Both the position numbers and the translations under genes were made by a program. From the NCBI GenBank assembly GCA_041659405.1, contig JBAZYK010000008.1, positions 1-32,000 of the forward strand: DNA of 32,000 nucleotides. The letters run 5' to 3'. Numbering within the stretch: the stretch's first letter is position 1; the number at the start of each line of letters is the position of its first letter. The notes beneath the pieces are model-generated. The model saw only the letters and a program-made list of their open reading frames with translations, made no database searches and was not told the DNA's origin. Shown piece by piece: positions 8,686-16,883 of this stretch. Origin of the DNA: Candidatus Altimarinota bacterium (GTDB lineage Bacteria > Patescibacteriota > Gracilibacteria > UBA1369).

Positions 8686-11415
8686 ATGTTGACGATACGC
8701 CACGATCATGATACATTCACCTCCAACATAATTTCTACAACAATGACCAAAGGGCGCTTCATTGAAGATTTAGTACATGGTATACCCATATATCCTTTCA
8801 GTTCGACACCTGATGGTAGAATTGTTGGAGAGCTTCATCGTGGACGGATTGAGGCAAGAGATTTTCAAAGAGAAAGTTTAGCTGTTCAGGCAAATGCTTT
8901 GCGGGAAATAGCAAAACTACACGGAAACCAAACACAAATCAGCCCATCAGAATTCAGGGGCGAACAAACACGGGACGTGCTTATGGGGATGACAGGACAA
9001 TTGTATGATCTCCATAGCGCACAAAAGGATACAGTTAGACAACTAGAGGGCTTAAATCAGACCACCGCTCAAGGTTTTGGTGTCTTGCATGGTGATATGG
9101 GCGCGCTAAAAGGCCCTGATAACGGAACAAGTTCATTAGCTGACTTGATCAGAAAGGATTTTGGTTTATCAGAAGCATTGAGTGCTTATTTTAAAGGTGT
9201 CCTAAATAAGCAAGGAGAAGGGGAGATATTTTGGCTCCTTTACCATAAAGTGAGCATTCAAAAAGAAACAGAAGATGGAATTAGAAAAAAAATAGAAGAA
9301 GGTCTTGCCGATAGAGGGCGATCTCTTAATGAATTTCCAGAAATTAAAGACGCATTACGTTTATTAGACCACTACGATGTCAGGTATGACCTTGTCGGTA
9401 CTCAGAAAAAAACAAAAATTCTCGCTTTCTTAGCGAGCGAGTTCCAAATTGCCGATTTAAGAGTCTTTGTTAGACAAATGGAAGAGTTATTTACTCTTTT
9501 TGAACAAGCCAAAGCTCAGCCCATTAGAGAAGAAACTCTTTTAAGTTTAGCCAAAAATAATTATTTAACAGAGCCGATGCGTAATAGAGTTATGGAACTC
9601 TATCCCGAAGCGAGAAAAGACGCATCACTTACTACAATAAACTATAGTTTACTGGATTTACTTCGCGCAAACGTGGATGCCACAAGGCAAAGGACATTTC
9701 AAATTGCTGAAGGACTTGCAGTAATTGATCAGAATGAGGAGGCTTTAGCCCAAAACAGGCAAATGCTTGAGCAGGGTGAAAGTGCAAATGAAAAAAGTGA
9801 CATGATGATAAAGCAGGGTGACCACGCAATTAGGCAAAGACAAGTAATCACCGCGCAGGGCGCATATGGACTTGCACAAAACGCGCGTGCTATTGAGCAG
9901 AGGCAGGTAATCACAGCACAAGGCACAGTCGCAATTGCACAGGGCGCTCGCGCAATTGGACAGCGCGCTCGCGCAATTGGACAGCGCAATTTAACAAATT
10001 ACCGGCTTGGATCAATTTTAGACACAATGATAGACGTAAATGACAGTATAATAGATTTAACAGCTGTTGTTGAGGGTTTTTCCGACATGGTAAATGACGG
10101 TTTATCGCAAATTGACCAAACATTGAGTAATGGGTTTCAAGCAGTTGACCAAACATTGAGTAATGGGTTTCAAAGAGTTGATCAAACATTGAGTAATGGG
10201 TTTCAAGCAGTTGATCAAACATTGAGTAATGGGTTTCAAACCGTTGACTCTGGGCTTAAAAATATCGTAACGGAAATGGTGATAACTCGTGCCGCTGTAA
10301 TCGCCGATCTTGAAAGAATCGAGCGAGGAATTGGCACTGCTGCACAACAAGTAACAGAAGCTATAAATCGCGGCAATATAGCACTTGAAACCTTGGTACA
10401 TCTGAATAAAACCAGCCACAATGTTGAAGCTGGACAATATTTTGATGATGCCAAAGAATGTTTATTTACGGCTAAAACAAGGAATGACGTAAAAGATGCA
10501 TACGAAGGATTTTGTAAAAGTGCAGAAATCGTAAAATCAAGTGCTGAATATCAGTATGGTGCAGGTTATACATCTGAGCTTTTAGGAATGTTAGATGAGG
10601 CAAGCAGCCGCTATGAAAAGGTCACCACACGCGCTAAAGATGAGCAAAAAGACTTGGCTTCTAATGCTTTTGTCGGCATTGCCCGAATTCAACACCGACA
10701 AGGTGACACCGAAAACGCACTTGAAAACACAGGAAAGGCAATCGAATCAAATAAGAATAATGAAACTGCCCAATTTGATCAGTGCAAATACCTTTTATTG
10801 CTAGGTTTTGTTGATGAAGCTCTGAAAAATCTGGAAGAGATGATCAAGGCCAAGCCTTTATACTTTGCAAAAATGAGGGCCGAGCCAGCTTTTAAGCTGA
10901 TTCCTGTTGAAAAATTAAGAGAATTTTGGAAAGTTTTATTAGATGCAGATGCCATAAAATCACCCAAAAGTTTAGTCCTACTTTTAGAAGATATGATCGA
11001 AACCGAAAGTCTTGATTTGGCGAATACTGTGTTTTTTAGATTATTGGAAACAAATCCTAAAGCTTTACTTGATCGGAAAATTTGGTTACATCCGGGATTT
11101 AACAATCTGCTAAATAATGAAATAATTGCTGAAATAACTGTTTTTATAGAAACAAAAATGAATTTATTAGTTGAGGAAGATTGTTACATTATTTGCTCAC
11201 TTTTAAATTATTGTGGAACAACCGAAGTATCATTGCTTAAAGCATTTAAAATAGGATTGGAACAGGATCCTCTTTTTTATTCAGATTATCAGCCGGAAGC
11301 AAAGCGAAAATTAAAGGCAAAATTAATAAAATGCATGGGTAACCAGACAGAATCAATCCTGCGGAAATTAAAGAAAGAATGCGGAACTGATACTAAGTTT
11401 GACTGGGTATTTTAA
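8686..11415 (+). CDS. hypothetical 909-aa protein with heptad-based and 11-residue tandem repeats and a TPR-like C-terminal region (alternative start ATG 8743)
   Basis: Long ORF. The centre has a 21-aa repeat x2, ARAIGQR x2 and DQTLSNGFQxV x4. The C-terminal third has helical-pair, TPR-like patterns (AFVGIARIQHRQGDTENALENTGKAIE...). Start is ambiguous between 8686 and 8743. Confidence 0.8.
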   Translation: MLTIRHDHDTFTSNIISTTMTKGRFIEDLVHGIPIYPFSSTPDGRIVGELHRGRIEARDFQRESLAVQANALREIAKLHGNQTQISPSEFRGEQTRDVLMGMTGQLYDLHSAQKDTVRQLEGLNQTTAQGFGVLHGDMGALKGPDNGTSSLADLIRKDFGLSEALSAYFKGVLNKQGEGEIFWLLYHKVSIQKETEDGIRKKIEEGLADRGRSLNEFPEIKDALRLLDHYDVRYDLVGTQKKTKILAFLASEFQIADLRVFVRQMEELFTLFEQAKAQPIREETLLSLAKNNYLTEPMRNRVMELYPEARKDASLTTINYSLLDLLRANVDATRQRTFQIAEGLAVIDQNEEALAQNRQMLEQGESANEKSDMMIKQGDHAIRQRQVITAQGAYGLAQNARAIEQRQVITAQGTVAIAQGARAIGQRARAIGQRNLTNYRLGSILDTMIDVNDSIIDLTAVVEGFSDMVNDGLSQIDQTLSNGFQAVDQTLSNGFQRVDQTLSNGFQAVDQTLSNGFQTVDSGLKNIVTEMVITRAAVIADLERIERGIGTAAQQVTEAINRGNIALETLVHLNKTSHNVEAGQYFDDAKECLFTAKTRNDVKDAYEGFCKSAEIVKSSAEYQYGAGYTSELLGMLDEASSRYEKVTTRAKDEQKDLASNAFVGIARIQHRQGDTENALENTGKAIESNKNNETAQFDQCKYLLLLGFVDEALKNLEEMIKAKPLYFAKMRAEPAFKLIPVEKLREFWKVLLDADAIKSPKSLVLLLEDMIETESLDLANTVFFRLLETNPKALLDRKIWLHPGFNNLLNNEIIAEITVFIETKMNLLVEEDCYIICSLLNYCGTTEVSLLKAFKIGLEQDPLFYSDYQPEAKRKLKAKLIKCMGNQTESILRKLKKECGTDTKFDWVF
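8689..8717 (+). promoter_or_regulatory. candidate sigma70-like promoter TTGACG-17 nt-TACATT
   Basis: TTGACG at 8689-8694, a 17-nt spacer, then TACATT at 8712-8717. It lies inside the first codons of the tracked ORF, which suggests the real start is ATG 8743. Confidence 0.35.
9835..9985 (+). repeat. in-frame repeat: 63-nt unit x2 (QRQVITAQG...ARAI) followed by a perfect 21-nt unit x2 (gcgctcgcgcaattggacagc, 9944-9964 and 9965-9985)
   Basis: Direct reading of the sequence. The units are multiples of 21 nt (heptad register). The region is locally GC-rich. Confidence 0.85.
10114..10245 (+). repeat. 33-bp tandem repeat x4 encoding DQTLSNGFQ(A/R/T)V
   Basis: Units at 10114, 10147, 10180 and 10213. 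The 24-nt core caaacattgagtaatgggtttcaa is identical in all four. Differences occur only at unit position 3 and positions 28-30. Confidence 0.95.
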
Positions 11416-11424
11416 TTTTATTTT

Positions 11425-12483
11425 ATGAACACTTCTTCAACAGAAAATCCGGAACTGAAAGTTTTTGTTAAAATCAACAGTCAAACGCTGCTGGCAGGCA
11501 ACAAAATGAACCTTAATGTTGATGCATTAGTTATGAGAGGTAACAGCACCGTCAGCCACAAACCTGTAATTTTTGAAGTTGCTGGTAATCAAAAACAAGT
11601 AACAACACCTGAAAATGGGCTAATTGAAAACAGGGGTCTTGTTTTTGATTATGTTGAAGGTGTTAGAACAAAGCTAAAAGCTTGGGCTAAGGGATCAGAG
11701 ACTCAGGTGAGTGAATATGATGTAACTCTGGAAAGTTATGGAAGTACGTTGTTAGATAGTGCAGCAAAAACTGTAAGAGCGGAAATAAGTGAAGAGTTTA
11801 AACAAAGAGAAGAAAAGTTAAGCGAGGAGTTTAAACAAAGAGAAGAAGAACTGATAAGGGACTTAGAAAGTAAAAATAAACAATTGGTTCAAAAACCCGA
11901 AGAAGAATTGTCCCGGGCAAATGCTGAATTTCTTGCTTCCCCTAATCGAAAAGCAGAATATGCGGCTCGTAAAGCTATGTTAAAAAATAAAGAACAAGCT
12001 ACCGGTATGCCAACTTTTGAAGAATGTATAGAAGCAATGAAGAAAAAAGGTAATAAAGTGCTTAATGCCTTGAGAGCAAAAACACAAGACCCAAGACTTA
12101 CCATAGCTGTTATAGTTGGAAAAGATGGTAAAGTTAAGAGTTTTAGACCGGGTTTTATAGAAGCAAAAGCGGATCCTGATTTTTTAAGAGATAAAGCCAA
12201 TCCTAAAAATTATGTAGGAAAACATTACGATAAAGTTTATGCTGACCTAAGCCCGCACGGGTTACGTGAGCCGGATTTTGATGAATATTGTGCAATTGAT
12301 CAATTTGGTCACGGTTATACTATGCTTGATATGGAAAATAGGGTGGATAAAGTCGCATCGGTGCCGCTCGCGGATGAGTTTACTGGTAATCCCTATCAGT
12401 ACTGGAATCTTCCTGGTGATCAGAATGAGTACCTTGTTTCGCGTCCTTCGGTCTGGGGAGATGATCTGCCACCCAAAAACTAG
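11425..12483 (+). CDS. hypothetical protein, 352 aa, paralog 1 (N-terminal beta-rich Ig-like region, coiled-coil centre, conserved C-terminal domain)
   Basis: ORF with ATG start 9 nt after the 909-aa stop. Clear similarity to the next gene along its whole length. Internal duplication EEFKQREE(K/E)L x2 at about 11790-11860. Confidence 0.8.
   Translation: MNTSSTENPELKVFVKINSQTLLAGNKMNLNVDALVMRGNSTVSHKPVIFEVAGNQKQVTTPENGLIENRGLVFDYVEGVRTKLKAWAKGSETQVSEYDVTLESYGSTLLDSAAKTVRAEISEEFKQREEKLSEEFKQREEELIRDLESKNKQLVQKPEEELSRANAEFLASPNRKAEYAARKAMLKNKEQATGMPTFEECIEAMKKKGNKVLNALRAKTQDPRLTIAVIVGKDGKVKSFRPGFIEAKADPDFLRDKANPKNYVGKHYDKVYADLSPHGLREPDFDEYCAIDQFGHGYTMLDMENRVDKVASVPLADEFTGNPYQYWNLPGDQNEYLVSRPSVWGDDLPPKN
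12028..12155. repeat. 128-nt block nearly identical to 13162-13289 (1 mismatch)
   Basis: Aligned by eye. atagaagcaatgaagaaaaaaggtaataaagtgcttaat[g/a]ccttgagagcaaaaacacaagacccaagacttaccatagctgttatagttggaaaagatggtaaagttaagagttttagaccgggttt. Confidence 0.9.
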
Positions 12484-12525
12484 TCTTCAAATTTTAGTTT
12501 TATTTAATTTTTTCTTTTTATACAT

Positions 12526-13701
12526 ATGCCTCCAACAGAAAATTCGGAAACAAAAGTTTTCGTTAAAATCAACAGTCAAACGCCGCTAACGGGTAACAAA
12601 ATACACCTTAATGTTGATGCATTAGTTGTGAAGGGGAGTCACACCATCTCACATCAACTTGTGATTTTTGAAATTGGCAGTCACCAAAAACAGGTAACCA
12701 CACTTGAAAATGGGCTAATTGGAAATATTAACCTTGTCTTTGAGTATATTGAGGGTGTTCGAACAAAATTAAAGGCTTGGGTTAAGGGGGCGGAGAATCA
12801 GGTGAGCGAATATGATGTAATTCCACAAAATCACGAGAATGTCTTAAAGGATTCTATTGAGCGACGTTTGCATGGAGAGTTTCAAAGTAAAAAAGAAGCT
12901 TTAATGCGAGGTTTTGATAATAAAGAAACAAGTTATGGCAATACAATCGATGAAATGGCTGAAAAAATAAAAAGATTAGAAGGTAGACTTCAAATCGGCG
13001 AGCCTGAATTAAAACAATTGGTTCAACAACCCGAGGAAGAACTATCACGGGAAAATGCTGAATTTCTAGCTGATCCTAAGCGCAAGGCTGAATATATTGC
13101 ACGTAAAGCTAGGTTGAAAAATAAAGAACAAGCTGCCGGTATGCCTACTTTTGAAGAATGCATAGAAGCAATGAAGAAAAAAGGTAATAAAGTGCTTAAT
13201 ACCTTGAGAGCAAAAACACAAGACCCAAGACTTACCATAGCTGTTATAGTTGGAAAAGATGGTAAAGTTAAGAGTTTTAGACCGGGTTTGATAGAAGCAT
13301 ATCCGTCTCCTCATTTTTTAAGAGATAGAGCTAATACGGAAAATAATGCAGGAAAACATTACGATAAAGTTTATGCTGACCTAAGCCCGCACGGGTTGCG
13401 TGAACCGGATTTTGATGAATATCGTGCAGTTTTTGAAACGGTGCAGGCGATGGGCGATGGGCTTATCGATACCAAATATATGTATACAATGCTTGATATG
13501 GGAGAGCGAAAGGATAAAGGCGTAGCGGTGCCGCTTGCTGCTGAGGCCTTTGGTGGGCCTGGTATACTTTTGTTATATCCTCCTCATGTGGGGGCATCCC
13601 TTGTTTCGCGTCCCTCCACCTGGGGGGACGATATGCTGCACGCAACCGGAGGTGAGTGTGCGCCAATGAATCCGTGGAGTGAGGGGCTCGTGCGCAGATG
13701 A
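12526..13701 (+). CDS. hypothetical protein, 391 aa, paralog 2
   Basis: ORF with ATG start. The N-terminal 100 aa and a region of about 130 aa align with the 352-aa neighbour. The centre and extreme C-terminus diverge, and the C-terminal 80 codons are GC-richer. Confidence 0.8.
   Translation: MPPTENSETKVFVKINSQTPLTGNKIHLNVDALVVKGSHTISHQLVIFEIGSHQKQVTTLENGLIGNINLVFEYIEGVRTKLKAWVKGAENQVSEYDVIPQNHENVLKDSIERRLHGEFQSKKEALMRGFDNKETSYGNTIDEMAEKIKRLEGRLQIGEPELKQLVQQPEEELSRENAEFLADPKRKAEYIARKARLKNKEQAAGMPTFEECIEAMKKKGNKVLNTLRAKTQDPRLTIAVIVGKDGKVKSFRPGLIEAYPSPHFLRDRANTENNAGKHYDKVYADLSPHGLREPDFDEYRAVFETVQAMGDGLIDTKYMYTMLDMGERKDKGVAVPLAAEAFGGPGILLLYPPHVGASLVSRPSTWGDDMLHATGGECAPMNPWSEGLVRR
13162..13289. 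repeat. partner of the 12028-12155 near-identical block
   Basis: Same alignment, offset 1134 nt. A second perfect 48-nt block pairs 12216-12263 with the equivalent segment of paralog 2. Confidence 0.9.
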
Positions 13702-13708
13702 AAGCGCG

Positions 13709-13728
13709 GGGTGAGTGTATACTCACCC
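13709..13728 (+). terminator. hairpin after paralog 2 (gggtgagt-gtat-actcaccc), no U tract
   Basis: 8-bp perfect stem with a 4-nt loop, 8 nt after the stop codon. It is followed by ataaaac rather than a T run, so terminator function is uncertain. Confidence 0.3.
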
Positions 13729-13780
13729 ATAAAACATTCCACATTTTCGTCATCAGAATTTACAGATTTGATGTGGATTT

Positions 13781-14947
13781 TTGGGCATGTTAGAGGGAAA
13801 ATTTGAATACAAACTCACATGGAATTCCATGGATTTTATTCAAGATTTAACCAAAGAAAATATGCAAACAAATATTCAAAAAATAACGGTTCAGGAAAAA
13901 ATTCTGCATGAAAAATTTGTAACGTTTGGTAGGAACGCCAAGGAATGGATTTGGAAGTGCTCTTTGCTGCTTCCGGAGATCGAAAAACAGGAAATTTGGA
14001 AGAAAAAAGGTTTCGGGGACATTTACGAATATGCGGCAAAGTTGGCGGGGATGAGCCATCCTGCGGTCGATGATGCTTTGTGGGTTTTGAAAAAAATTGA
14101 AGACAAGCCGGCTTTGCTGAAAGTTGTGGAAACAAAAGGAATTAATGCTGTGCGGCCGGTGGTCACGATTGCAACCCGAGAGAATATGGATTTTTGGGCT
14201 GAAAAAGCTATGCAAATGAGTCATCATACTTTACAAACTTACGTTCGGGAACTTAGAAAAGAAATGCCATTTACGCACGAAGCGCTTATTTCTACTGCGG
14301 GCGGGGCGGGCTTCGCACATGATAATTTTGAAAATTCAGAATTAATCAATTCTACCAAAAATCAAATTGGCTTATTTGAACCAAAAAATGACGATTTTCG
14401 TCGGGACGTTCCGAAATTCAACACCAAAACAGAAAATGGACAAATTGTCACTTTGCCATTGGGGGAGCCAAAAAAACTTGTGGCCATGCAGCTCGATCCG
14501 GAAATTCTGGAGCAACTGGAAAAATTAAAAGGTGAAAATGGCGATTGGAATGATCTGATGAAACAACTTTTGCAGATGCGGGAAGAACATCTTGAAGAGC
14601 AAAAACCGGAACCGATGAAGACCGATTCGCGGCATATTCCGGCCAAAATCGACCGATATGTTACTTCAAGAACAAATGGCCAGTGTGCATTTCCGGGCTG
14701 CAATAAAAAAATCAACATCAAGCATCACACGCAAAGATTCGCACTCGAAAAAACTCATGATTCTGACCGGCTTTATGGCTTATGTAAAGCACACGAACGG
14801 ATTGCACATTTGGGGTTAATCGAGAATGAAGATTTGTCGCCGAAGTTATGGAAAGTCCGAAAATCGGCTGATATAACCAGTGAAATAGGCAAAGCAAAAT
14901 TCGCAATTGATCAAATCGTGCAAAAGTTTAGGACTTCGCCTGCATGA
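13781..14947 (+). CDS. HNH endonuclease domain protein (N-terminal helical/HTH-like region, C-terminal HNH)
   Basis: The C-terminus reads CAFPGCNKKINIKHHTQRFALEKTHDSDRLYGLCKAHERIAHLG, i.e. a CxxC...HH...CxxH HNH/zinc-finger pattern. The tracked start is TTG at 13781. ATG 13787 or a later ATG is equally possible. Confidence 0.75.
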   Translation: MGMLEGKFEYKLTWNSMDFIQDLTKENMQTNIQKITVQEKILHEKFVTFGRNAKEWIWKCSLLLPEIEKQEIWKKKGFGDIYEYAAKLAGMSHPAVDDALWVLKKIEDKPALLKVVETKGINAVRPVVTIATRENMDFWAEKAMQMSHHTLQTYVRELRKEMPFTHEALISTAGGAGFAHDNFENSELINSTKNQIGLFEPKNDDFRRDVPKFNTKTENGQIVTLPLGEPKKLVAMQLDPEILEQLEKLKGENGDWNDLMKQLLQMREEHLEEQKPEPMKTDSRHIPAKIDRYVTSRTNGQCAFPGCNKKINIKHHTQRFALEKTHDSDRLYGLCKAHERIAHLGLIENEDLSPKLWKVRKSADITSEIGKAKFAIDQIVQKFRTSPA

Positions 14948-15059
14948 TGAGAAAGTTGCGCGTGATCAAAAGTGCGAAAAATTAGATGTAATAATTAGAA
15001 CTGTTGAAAAAATTTGGAAGACAATGTAGGATGCACAAGCGTTTCAAAAAAAATAGGCA

Positions 15060-15159
15060 CCAGAGTCCAACGCCCTAAATCCAACGTCCAGGCATGGGCC
15101 AGAGTCCAACGCCCATAAATCCAAAATCATATTTCCTCAATTCTACATCCTAAATCCAA
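15060..15159. repeat. direct repeats upstream of tig: CCAGAGTCCAACGCCC(T/AT)AAATCCAA x2 plus a third TAAATCCAA
   Basis: Copies at 15060-15084 and 15099-15124. TAAATCCAA occurs at 15076, 15116 and 15151. TCCAACG occurs at 15066, 15081 and 15105. Confidence 0.85.
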
Positions 15160-15163
15160 AACC

Positions 15164-16438
15164 ATGAACGTCACTCTCAAAAATCTTCCAAAATCGCAGA
15201 TTCAGCTTACGATTGAAGTTGCGGCGGAAAAAATGGAAAAATACCGTGCGCAAGCCGTAAAGCAGATCTCTCAAAATGTTAAAGTTCCGGGTTTTAGAGC
15301 GGGGCATGTTCCTTTTGATATGCTCAAGGAAAAAGTTGGCCAAGACGTTATTGATGATTACACGATTGAAATCGCGCTTCCGGAAAGCTATACCGAAGCC
15401 GTTATGAAGGAAAAAGTTCAGGCAGTTTCTCGTCCTAAAATCAATATTCTGGAAAAGAATCCGCTTAAATATGAGGCAACTGTAGCCATTTATCCGGAGG
15501 TTAAAGTTTCCGGTTATGAAAACATTAAAATCGCCAAAGAAGAGCCAAAAGTGGAAGAAAAAGAAATTGATGACATTCTTGCCAATGTGCAAAAACGTCA
15601 CGCAACCTACAAAACAGTTGATCGTGCTGCGCAAAAAGGCGACCGCGTGGAAATTGATTTTGAAGGTTTTGATGATGGCGGCGCGTTGCTTGAAAACACC
15701 AAAAGCTCTAATCATCCGCTGGTAATAGGAGAGGGAAGTCTTGTTCCCGGTTTTGAGGATGAGCTTGTGGGTTTAAAGGCCGGCGAAAAGAAATCATTCA
15801 AGGTGACATTCCCAAAGGATTACTTCCACAAGCCATTTCAGGGCAAAGCGGTTGAATTTAAAGTAGACATGAAGAAGGTTGACGAGGTCACGATGCCGGA
15901 ATTGACTCCTGAATTCCTTAAAACCGTTCTTGGTGAAGATAAGACCCTTGAAGAAATCAAGAAAATCACCCGTGAAAATCTTGAGCACGATAAAAAGCAT
16001 CAGGAAGGCGTTCGTCGTGAAAATCTATTTTTAGAAAAGCTGGTCGATTGTACCAAAGTTGAAATCCCGGAAGCGCTTGAGGAAGAGGAAATCGACGGCA
16101 TGATCGACGAATTCAAAAATGAACTCAGTGAACGTGGTATTCCTTTTGATAAATATCTTGAACAAACCAAAAAGGAAATTAAAGAAATTCGTGACGATCG
16201 CCGCAAAGAGGCAGTTAAGCGCTTAACTCTGCGCTTTGGCTTGCAGCAAATTTTTGAACAGGAAAAGATTGAAGTTACTCCGGAAGATCTCCAAAAAGAA
16301 ATCGATCACGTTGTGGGTTTATATCCGCAGGGCGAACAGGCCAAAGTCCGCAAAGAGTACACAGAAGGCACTTATATGATGCGCCGTCTGGAAAATAAGA
16401 TGCGCATGGACAAACTGTTTGAAAGATTTCTGGGCTAA
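15164..16438 (+). CDS. tig: trigger factor
   Basis: The N-terminus MNVTLKNLPKSQIQLTIEV...VKVPGFRAGHVPFDMLKEKVG is the characteristic ribosome-binding domain. An FKBP-like middle region (GDRVEIDFEGF...) and the length (424 aa) also fit. Confidence 0.93.
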   Translation: MNVTLKNLPKSQIQLTIEVAAEKMEKYRAQAVKQISQNVKVPGFRAGHVPFDMLKEKVGQDVIDDYTIEIALPESYTEAVMKEKVQAVSRPKINILEKNPLKYEATVAIYPEVKVSGYENIKIAKEEPKVEEKEIDDILANVQKRHATYKTVDRAAQKGDRVEIDFEGFDDGGALLENTKSSNHPLVIGEGSLVPGFEDELVGLKAGEKKSFKVTFPKDYFHKPFQGKAVEFKVDMKKVDEVTMPELTPEFLKTVLGEDKTLEEIKKITRENLEHDKKHQEGVRRENLFLEKLVDCTKVEIPEALEEEEIDGMIDEFKNELSERGIPFDKYLEQTKKEIKEIRDDRRKEAVKRLTLRFGLQQIFEQEKIEVTPEDLQKEIDHVVGLYPQGEQAKVRKEYTEGTYMMRRLENKMRMDKLFERFLG

Positions 16439-16532
16439 TGGTAAAATCACAGGCGTTAACTCGCATTCACGCACAAAGTGTCTTTCTGCCGTGAATAAAG
16501 CGAGCTCGCATGAGTTTCTTACAAAACGCTAT

Positions 16533-16796
16533 ATGAATATGAAAGGATTTTTCGCCACAGGATCAATAATTTTCAGTGTTCTGATTCTGATTTTGGCTTT
16601 TGAAAGCATTGGTGGGGCAAAATTCCAGTATTTTCTTTTCTATTTCATTTGGCTTGATCCATCATTTAACCCATTTTTTCTGGTGCTTGGAATTGCAGCA
16701 ATTGGAGTAATTGCCGGGATCTTTTTTACGGGACTAATAATGTCATCATTGAAAAATAAAGACGACGAAGAAGCCCCGGGCGGAGAGAACTTCTAG
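16533..16796 (+). CDS. small membrane protein, 87 aa, two predicted TM helices
   Basis: In-frame ATG at 16533 (MNMKGFFATGSIIFSVLILILAF...FFLVLGIAAIGVIAGIFFTGLIM). The tracked start 16419 overlaps the tig end and is rejected. Confidence 0.55.
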   Translation: MNMKGFFATGSIIFSVLILILAFESIGGAKFQYFLFYFIWLDPSFNPFFLVLGIAAIGVIAGIFFTGLIMSSLKNKDDEEAPGGENF

Positions 16797-16805
16797 CACT
16801 TTCTC

Positions 16806-16834
16806 TTGCAATGTGAATCAAAAACTTATACATT
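16806..16834 (+). promoter_or_regulatory. candidate promoter TTGCAA-17 nt-TACATT
   Basis: TTGCAA at 16806-16811 and TACATT at 16829-16834, 50 nt upstream of the regulator ATG. Confidence 0.35.
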
Positions 16835-16843
16835 TGGGCCGAG

Positions 16844-16864
16844 CTGAATAAAATATGTATTCAG
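16844..16864. promoter_or_regulatory. palindrome CTGAATA-N7-TATTCAG, candidate operator
   Basis: Perfect 7-bp inverted repeat between the candidate -10 and the ATG of the wHTH regulator. No T run follows, so it is unlikely to be a terminator. Confidence 0.35.
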
Positions 16865-16883
16865 ACGTTGCTTAGTTTCCCCA

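Noticed and set aside
10114-10245. Four evenly spaced 33-bp direct repeats considered as a CRISPR array
   Set aside because: The repeats are contiguous with no spacers, in frame within a long ORF, and encode a sensible 11-residue protein repeat.
12300-13640. Hypervariable C-terminal patch of the paralogs considered as a DGR variable/template repeat pair
   Set aside because: Substitutions between the two copies are not restricted to adenine positions. No reverse transcriptase gene is present in the window.
15060-15160. TAAATCCAA repeats considered as DnaA boxes or oriC
   Set aside because: The best alignment to TTATCCACA matches only 6 of 9 positions. There is no dnaA or dnaN nearby and no AT-rich unwinding element pattern.
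15143-15715. 190-aa minus-strand ORF antisense to tig
   Set aside because: It is opposite a confidently identified trigger factor gene. Its F/N/R-rich translation has no motif, so it is a shadow ORF. The same reasoning applies to the antisense ORFs inside proS, rfbB, infB, the kinase and the orphan genes.
16419-16532. Tracked start of the 125-aa ORF overlapping the end of tig
   Set aside because: The first 38 codons are hydrophilic read-through of the tig 3' end and intergenic hairpins. The membrane protein plausibly starts at ATG 16533.
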